From a virus (lineage: Duplodnaviria > Heunggongvirae > Uroviricota > Caudoviricetes), in IMG/VR virus record IMGVR_UViG_2778261380_000011, positions 1 through 19,475 of that record: a stretch of DNA of 19,475 bases; one strand, 5' to 3'. Position 1 is the stretch's first letter. Each line of letters starts with the position of its first letter. The notes under the pieces were generated by a model, which saw nothing but the letters and a program-made list of their open reading frames with translations, was not told the origin of the DNA and did no database searches. Both the position numbers and the translations under genes were made by a program. This document shows, piece after piece, positions 7,585-13,589 of the stretch.

Positions 7585-8188
7585 CAACCTAACAGACGAG
7601 CGCCTGAGCGTACTTATCCGTGTGGCTAGGGATTCTCTTGAATTGTATGAAATGGAGTTGCCTGTCATTGATGATGTAATGCTAGCGCTGGCCGAACTTC
7701 AGCAACGCCGCGCCGCCATGCTTCAGGGAGGCCAACCTGTAAACCAAACTTACAACTTGCCAGAATTAATCGAAGGCATGGAGGTTTCCATTGATGTAAG
7801 CACTTGTGATGCTGATTTAGGTAATCGCTATTTCGGCACCGTCACCGAGGCGTCAGAACTTGATACTGCCAAGAATGGTTACATCCTCCTGGTTCAGGAC
7901 GCAGAGCCAAACTTCGATGTAAATGGCAACTATCCGGTAACTCCGGATGGTTGGATAAGCTGTAGTGAGCGAATGCCAGAAATGGGAGAGCGACAATGCT
8001 ATGTGTTAGCAGCTGACTTTAAAAACAACTACCCACCAAACATCCCCAACACTCAGGTCGGCGTATATGGCGACTGGTTTAATGATGGCAATCCCACTTG
8101 GGATGACGGTGATGGCGAAGACCTGTATCTCAAAGAGGTAACCCACTGGATGCCTCTACCAGAACCGCCTCGATTAAAGGAGCTATAA
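7574..8188 (+). CDS. DUF551 domain protein with ea22-like N-terminal remnant
   Basis: C-terminal motif VTHWMPLPEPP typical of DUF551; N-terminal about 50 aa resemble an Ea22 C-terminal tail and end at a repeated 17-mer. Confidence 0.75.
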   Translation: MTNNNLTDERLSVLIRVARDSLELYEMELPVIDDVMLALAELQQRRAAMLQGGQPVNQTYNLPELIEGMEVSIDVSTCDADLGNRYFGTVTEASELDTAKNGYILLVQDAEPNFDVNGNYPVTPDGWISCSERMPEMGERQCYVLAADFKNNYPPNIPNTQVGVYGDWFNDGNPTWDDGDGEDLYLKEVTHWMPLPEPPRLKEL

Positions 8189-8302
8189 TAGTGAACTATT
8201 ATATCTATTTGTATTAAAAGAGTTTTTATAAAATAAATCTTCCAAAGCATGTAAAAACACTGTTAATCTTAACGTGTGTGAAACGTGAAGAGAGGTGTTG
8301 AA

Positions 8303-8584
8303 ATGAGCATTCATGGTTTGTGTGAAGATCAAGAGCAATGGGCTATGCAGACCCTTATGGGATCAGGAGTTCTTGCAAGGTGCAGAATCCATAACGATGT
8401 AATTTTAGACAGCGGAAATGATGCTTCTTCTGCTTATAAATTAGGAACTTACCTATATCAAAAAGATAATAGCTGCAACTTATTCAATACTCTTACTGAA
8501 GCCCGCGACGCAATAAAGGATGCATATGAATCGTATTGTGGGATTGATGATTGCCCACAATGCTCAAAATACATTGACGATTAA
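8303..8584 (+). CDS. hypothetical Cys-containing protein (93 aa)
   Basis: ATG 8303 with GAGGTG SD; AT-rich upstream region; followed by tandem hairpins 8605-8660. Confidence 0.55.
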   Translation: MSIHGLCEDQEQWAMQTLMGSGVLARCRIHNDVILDSGNDASSAYKLGTYLYQKDNSCNLFNTLTEARDAIKDAYESYCGIDDCPQCSKYIDD

Positions 8585-8672
8585 TAATATGAACAAGTAA
8601 CTATCCTCGCACTCGCGGGGATTTCTTTTATCTGAACTCGCTACGGCGGGTTTTGTTTTATGGAGATGATAA

Positions 8673-8840
8673 ATGCACTTCCGAGTCACAGGTGAATGGA
8701 ATGGAGAGCCATTCAACAGAGTTATCGAAGCAGAAAACATCAATGACTGCTATGACCACTGGATGCTATGGGCGCAGATAGCACATGCAGACGTAACCAA
8801 TATTCGAATTGAAGAACTGAAAGAACACCAAGCCGCCTGA
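8673..8840 (+). CDS. hypothetical small protein (55 aa)
   Basis: ATG 8673 preceded by GGAG; not in ORF track; followed by terminator. Confidence 0.45.
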   Translation: MHFRVTGEWNGEPFNRVIEAENINDCYDHWMLWAQIAHADVTNIRIEELKEHQAA

Positions 8841-8853
8841 TGGCGGTTTTTTA
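8832..8853 (+). terminator. intrinsic terminator
   Basis: ccgcc (8833-8837) / ggcgg (8842-8846) stem followed by tttttta. Confidence 0.6.
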
Positions 8854-8897
8854 TTACCTGATTTGCAGGTTCGATTCCCTATTCGGAGATAGCACTC

Positions 8898-9098
8898 ATG
8901 CAACACGAACTACAGCCTGATTCACTGGTTGATTTGAAATTCATCATGGCCGATACTGGCTTCGGTAAAACCTTCATCTATGACCGGATTAAGTCCGGCG
9001 ACCTGCCAAAAGCCAAAGTTATCCACGGGCGAGCAAGATGGTTATATCGTGACCATTGTGAATTCAAAAATAAGCTCTTAAGCCGCGCCAATGGGTAA
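8898..9098 (+). CDS. alpA: AlpA-family transcriptional regulator / excisionase-like protein
   Basis: 66 aa; LKFIMADTGFGKTFIYDRIKSGDLPKAKVIHGRARWLYRD fits AlpA/Xis winged-helix pattern (from memory); 250 bp upstream of integrase on the same strand. Confidence 0.8.
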   Translation: MQHELQPDSLVDLKFIMADTGFGKTFIYDRIKSGDLPKAKVIHGRARWLYRDHCEFKNKLLSRANG

Positions 9099-9346
9099 AA
9101 TAGCGGGTAAAATATTTCTCACATCTAAAAAATACCATTCCAATCAATCCCCTGCCGCTTCAAGTAGATGTCTGCAGGGGACACCATGAACACTTCTCAC
9201 TAAGTTCAATTAATTCCATAACTCACTGTTTTAACTGATATCATCTCCTTATACTCGTCCAGCAAAGTACCATTATTTCTAATGGAATCTATACATCTTT
9301 GCGTATAACATTGTGTATAACTGAGTTCGATCTTTTTTCTATACAC

Positions 9347-10522
9347 ATGCTGCTATCTGACATCCAAATAAAAAGAGCAAAACCGAAGGACAAACCCTAT
9401 ACGCTTAACGATGGTATGGGGCTATCACTCCTGATCGACACAGCGGGCAGTAAAGGCTGGCGTTTTCGCTATCGCTTTGCAGGTAAGCCTAAGATGATTT
9501 CCTTTGGCGTATATGGCGATGTGTCGTTGGCACAGGCACGTACCAAACGTGATGAAGCGCGTTCGATGTTAGCCAACGGGATAAACCCAAGTGAAGCCAG
9601 AAAAGCAGATAAGATTGCTTTGCAGTTCGCGCATGAGAACAGCTTTGAGTCTGTGGCCAGAGAATGGCACTCATCGAAAAAAGCCACCTGGTCAGAGGGT
9701 TATGCAAAAGAGGTTCTCAATTGTATGGAAAAGGATATTTTTCCTTTTATCGGCCAGCGCCCAATTGAGCAGATTGAACCATTAGAACTGCTAACCGTCC
9801 TGCAAAAAATAGAGAAAAGAGGTGCGCTAGAGCAAACCAGTAAGATCCGCCGCCGCTGTGGTGAAGTGCTTCGTTATGCTGTTGCCACTGGTAGAGCAAA
9901 GTATAATTTTGCACCCGATTTAGCTATCGCACTCAACAAACCTAAAACCCAACACTTCCCGTTCCTGACTGAAAGCGAGTTGCCCGAGTTCGTTAATGCT
10001 CTGGATAACTATCAGGGCAGTTTAGTTACCAAATACGCCACGCAGCTGTTGATGCTAACAGGCGTGCGAACAATTGAACTACGTGCAGCGGAATGGGCTG
10101 AGTTTGATTTAGATAATGCCTTATGGGAGATCCCCAAAGAACGGATGAAGAAACGCCGCCCCCATCTGGTTCCGTTATCAACTCAGGCGATCAATATCCT
10201 GAAAAAGCTGCAAGAAATAACAGGGAATTACAGCCTCGTTTTCCCTGGCCGGAATGACGTCAGTAAACCAATGAGCGAAGCCAGCATCAACAAAGTGATA
10301 AAACTACTGGGTTATCACGGTCGGTTAACGGGTCACGGTTTCAGGCATACCATGAGCACCATCTTGCATGAGCATGGGTTTGAAAGTGCCTGGATTGAAA
10401 TGCAGCTTGCGCATGTTGATAAGAACTCTATTCGAGGTACTTACAATCATGCGCAATATATTAAAGATCGACAAGTAATGATGGAATGGTACGCTAGCTT
10501 ATTAAATACGACCTGCTATTAA
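9347..10522 (+). CDS. int: tyrosine recombinase, P4-type integrase
   Basis: N-terminus MLLSDIQIKRAKPKDKPYTLNDGMGLSLLIDTAGSKGWRFRYRF typical of P4-family arm-binding domain; C-terminal HGFRHT (HxxR) and catalytic Tyr region RGTYNHAQY; ORF-track start 9299 is an extension. Confidence 0.92.
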   Translation: MLLSDIQIKRAKPKDKPYTLNDGMGLSLLIDTAGSKGWRFRYRFAGKPKMISFGVYGDVSLAQARTKRDEARSMLANGINPSEARKADKIALQFAHENSFESVAREWHSSKKATWSEGYAKEVLNCMEKDIFPFIGQRPIEQIEPLELLTVLQKIEKRGALEQTSKIRRRCGEVLRYAVATGRAKYNFAPDLAIALNKPKTQHFPFLTESELPEFVNALDNYQGSLVTKYATQLLMLTGVRTIELRAAEWAEFDLDNALWEIPKERMKKRRPHLVPLSTQAINILKKLQEITGNYSLVFPGRNDVSKPMSEASINKVIKLLGYHGRLTGHGFRHTMSTILHEHGFESAWIEMQLAHVDKNSIRGTYNHAQYIKDRQVMMEWYASLLNTTCY

Positions 10523-11452
10523 ATCCAGCATGAAACAAATATGGTGAGTAATTTGATACTGTTTGTTTTTTGGCAACCCAGGGAAATGCCTTACAGTTGG
10601 TTGACTATTGTAATAATAATAGTTAAGACCAATGTTGCTGCCAAACTGGGTTGGATGTTGGGGAACAAGATTTGTAATTTGATCTGAAACATCTAAAAAT
10701 TTTGCAGTAACATTTGAACTTCCTCGTTGCGTGTTGCTTGATACAAAATGACGAATCCAAACTGTATTCGCTTGTAAATTCTTGAACACCAAATGTGCGG
10801 CAACAGCAGAAGGTTGACCACCTCCAAGATCTAGTACCTGGCCAGTAATTGTATAATCGCCAAATCCTAAGTAATTTTGTCCCACGAATTGATGTGCGTG
10901 CGTGAAAAGTTCCGGCCCATTATAATCAGCATTTTTTGCTAACTTTCTAAAGTTATCGCTAATAATAATTAACTTCGACAAAGGAAGAAGAGCGCACTGA
11001 TTAGGAAGCATTTTATTATTTAAAACAACATGATAACTAATCAATTGATTTGTCGCCAACAACTGAATATCAGAGTTGGATAATGATGGATTATCATATA
11101 GAAGTGCAACTCGTCTATTTAAGTTAGCATTCAACCAATTATTAATATCATTAATCGTTGTATTGGGCTGAATAAGATATCCAGAGATGATATTATTTTT
11201 ATTTGTTAATACACTTGATAAATTTTGATTTAAAGTTAAGACGTTATTGTGTGAAGAAAAATCTTCCTGATAAGGATTAAGGATAACAATTATGTCAGAA
11301 TTCCAAACATTTAAACATGTTAATAAATTTCTCGTATTGACGTTAATTGGTTCTAAAATTGGTAGCAGACCATTTAGGCTAACTCCCTTCGCAACGAGGT
11401 CCCTAAGGCATAATAACTCTGTACTTCTCGCATACAAATATGGGCTATACAT
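10502..11452 (-). CDS. hypothetical protein (316 aa), second gene of AT-rich cargo operon
   Basis: ATG 11452 preceded by AGGAG; 21-nt gap after upstream gene; no recognisable domain; 3' end overlaps integrase 3' end by 21 nt (convergent). Confidence 0.8.
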   Translation of the reverse strand: MYSPYLYARSTELLCLRDLVAKGVSLNGLLPILEPINVNTRNLLTCLNVWNSDIIVILNPYQEDFSSHNNVLTLNQNLSSVLTNKNNIISGYLIQPNTTINDINNWLNANLNRRVALLYDNPSLSNSDIQLLATNQLISYHVVLNNKMLPNQCALLPLSKLIIISDNFRKLAKNADYNGPELFTHAHQFVGQNYLGFGDYTITGQVLDLGGGQPSAVAAHLVFKNLQANTVWIRHFVSSNTQRGSSNVTAKFLDVSDQITNLVPQHPTQFGSNIGLNYYYYNSQPTVRHFPGLPKNKQYQITHHICFMLDLIAGRI

Positions 11453-11473
11453 AACTTACAACTCCTGAGGATA

Positions 11474-12355
11474 TCAACAAATTTTAATTTTTACATCCAT
11501 CAAATTCATGATGAATTCTTTTTGCTTTCTTGATAATGGTGTTGCATAACCTAAAACACGTAAACATGCTGGAAGAGAATAAATATAATCCAAAAAAACT
11601 TTATCGTTACATCTTTTTTTCATAGCAGAGATAAAGTATTTATTTGCTATGTTTAATGGCATCTGCATGAATATCTCTTTACAATATTCATAAACCAATC
11701 CGTTAGGCATATTTATTTTAGTTGAAGTGTAATCTTCTATTATAGCTAAGAACTCTTCCTTTCTAAGAACTGAAAACAAGCTGTCACTTTTAATATAATC
11801 AATATTTGAATCTGCCTCCTTAATGACACTCAATTGATCTTTTTTATTCAAAACCATAACTCCCACTCTGGGGAGATTTAAAGCACAATATTTACTTGCA
11901 TACTCTGGATGTGTAACTATATACACTTTATCAAAAACATCCAAATAATCAGGGGCTTGAGTAATCAACCTTTTTGGTGAATCATACTCTGTCTTAATCT
12001 CGTAAGCTGTAGACGTACCATTAAACACCGCAACATCCACTATAGAGTTTTTAATTGGTAACTCTATGGACGACGAACTTGTTTTTGGGCTGTGCTTACC
12101 GAATATTATTTTATTGACAAGTGCTGTCTTATAAACATATTCATTTCTATAATTCAGACGCAAAAAATCATATAATGATGTAAATAAATCCCTTAGTGAA
12201 ATCTCATGTTCATTATTATCATTGTTTGAAAACAGTGTTTCATAGCAGTAAGAATCAAAACTCCCAAATAAATCCGAAATATCCTTACCTTTTGCTAAGG
12301 ATGAAAAAATGGGGCGACGGAAAAATTTAGCATATTCCTTTTTATTATGACTCAT
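11474..12355 (-). CDS. hypothetical protein (293 aa) with PD-(D/E)xK nuclease-like motif, first gene of AT-rich cargo operon
   Basis: Motif SIVD(107)VAVF-x9-YE(119)IK(121) (nt 11993-12037); strongly AT-rich coding sequence. Confidence 0.8.
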   Translation of the reverse strand: MSHNKKEYAKFFRRPIFSSLAKGKDISDLFGSFDSYCYETLFSNNDNNEHEISLRDLFTSLYDFLRLNYRNEYVYKTALVNKIIFGKHSPKTSSSSIELPIKNSIVDVAVFNGTSTAYEIKTEYDSPKRLITQAPDYLDVFDKVYIVTHPEYASKYCALNLPRVGVMVLNKKDQLSVIKEADSNIDYIKSDSLFSVLRKEEFLAIIEDYTSTKINMPNGLVYEYCKEIFMQMPLNIANKYFISAMKKRCNDKVFLDYIYSLPACLRVLGYATPLSRKQKEFIMNLMDVKIKIC

Positions 12356-13034
12356 TACTCATACTCTATAAACATCATGCAATTTGATAAGTTATGACGA
12401 ATTCTCACCATCCAGTTACTACCTGTACATACTAATCAAAAAAAACGAGTACGCAAGATACGAAAGTACTTTTCTTGTTCACCAGTTAGCTTACCTTGAT
12501 CCTCACCAGCGACTGGAAGATAGGTAGCAGTATATGTGGAAACCTTCCCCTAGCTAGGTCTACAAACGTAGTTTGGGCATTTAGGCTCCACGATTCACGG
12601 TTTGACACGGCCTGATATCTGCACATTCGTTTTGATATGCAGCAATCGTGAAAAAGGAAAATATACGCTCGACAGACCAAAACGGCACTACACCGCACCC
12701 GCCTGCGGTTTTCATATCACTAAAAATTTTCAGCCTGGATTTTTTACAAACGATACCGCCAGTCCGTGCCAGTCCTCGAGATGTACTGCGATACAGGAAC
12801 TGAAAAGAATGAAAAGAAATTCATTTTTTTTCAGTTTTACTGTCCGTCGAATCTATGGCCTGAATACGCAACTCTATGATATTAAATGGATAATTAATTT
12901 TAGGTGTGTGATTTTATGAAGGTTTGTGAAACATGAAGAAGATAACCAGTTGAAAAATAATAATTTTATGACCGTATAAACTGAAATCCTGTGTTCAGGT
13001 TCCGGGAACAGATCGGCCATTCCCGACGCATACT

Positions 13035-13307
13035 TTACCCATTCTTTTGCGCAGCCAGCAGCAACTTTAAAGCCTTTTCCCGTTCCTCGGGTGGAATTGC
13101 ATCAATCAGCTCTTTAACCCTTCCCTGCCCGTTCAGCGCGCTTGGACTAACGGAATGGGAGAAAGCAACATTCATCACAAACGAGTGACCGCACTCCACA
13201 TTAGAGCAATAGCAGTACACATCGTACAGTTGTGGGTGTTTCCTGTTTGTTTTACCTATCCGTGCTACTGCCTGACATGTGGGGCAGTACATTCTCATCA
13301 TCTTCAT
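13035..13307 (-). CDS. Ogr/Delta-family zinc-finger transcriptional activator
   Basis: MYCPTCQ...YCYCSNVECGH Cys4 pattern as in P2 Ogr / P4 Delta; exact start among several N-terminal Met codons uncertain. Confidence 0.75.
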   Translation of the reverse strand: MKMMRMYCPTCQAVARIGKTNRKHPQLYDVYCYCSNVECGHSFVMNVAFSHSVSPSALNGQGRVKELIDAIPPEEREKALKLLLAAQKNG

Positions 13308-13373
13308 CGTTCTGTGCCCTATACTGTTGCCCGCCAGAAGAAGGGATTTGGATCCCTACCTCTTGTTCTGAAC

Positions 13374-13563
13374 GTGTAACACTGGTAACACGTGTAACGC
13401 TATTGATTTAAAAGGATTTAATCTGTTACCAGTTAGCAAAATCAAGAGGTAACGCGTGGTAACACACCATTTTTTGTTACCTCTGTTACCAGTCAGTATT
13501 TTTGACTGGTAACACTGAAGAACCGCATCAGTAACGGGTGTTACCTCTGTTACCAGTGTTACC
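13374..13563. repeat. iteron array: about 13 copies of TGTTACC / GGTAACA heptamer in both orientations, mostly phased at 9 bp; putative replication origin
   Basis: Copies at 13374-13399 (three tandem 9-mers), 13424-13430, 13448-13464, 13475-13490, 13508-13514, 13531-13563; located immediately downstream of primase gene. Confidence 0.75.
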
Positions 13564-13589
13564 TCATAAAAATAAGACTCACGCGATAA

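Larger units (their letters stand above)
1..8853. mobile_element. lambdoid prophage early-left / immunity region (partial; late and replication genes lie outside window)
   Basis: Lambda-type cII, cro, cI, N, cIII, nut sites, RecT module, ea22/DUF551 region in lambda gene order (reverse orientation). Confidence 0.75.

Noticed and set aside
8862-8880. ggttcgattcc motif resembling a tRNA T-loop (possible tRNA 3' end / att core) upstream of alpA
   Set aside because: Flanking bases cannot form a 5-bp T-stem or an acceptor stem with CCA; likely chance similarity
12486-12919. ORFs 12486..12698 (-) and 12602..12919 (+) in the gap between Ogr-like gene and cargo operon
   Set aside because: No SD, mutually overlapping, low-complexity products; a consensus TTGACA at about 12601 has no acceptable -10 at 16-18 nt
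13374-13563. Possibility that the repeat array is a CRISPR array
   Set aside because: Repeat unit is only 7 bp, occurs in both orientations with 2-3 bp spacers, and no cas genes are present; iterons fit better
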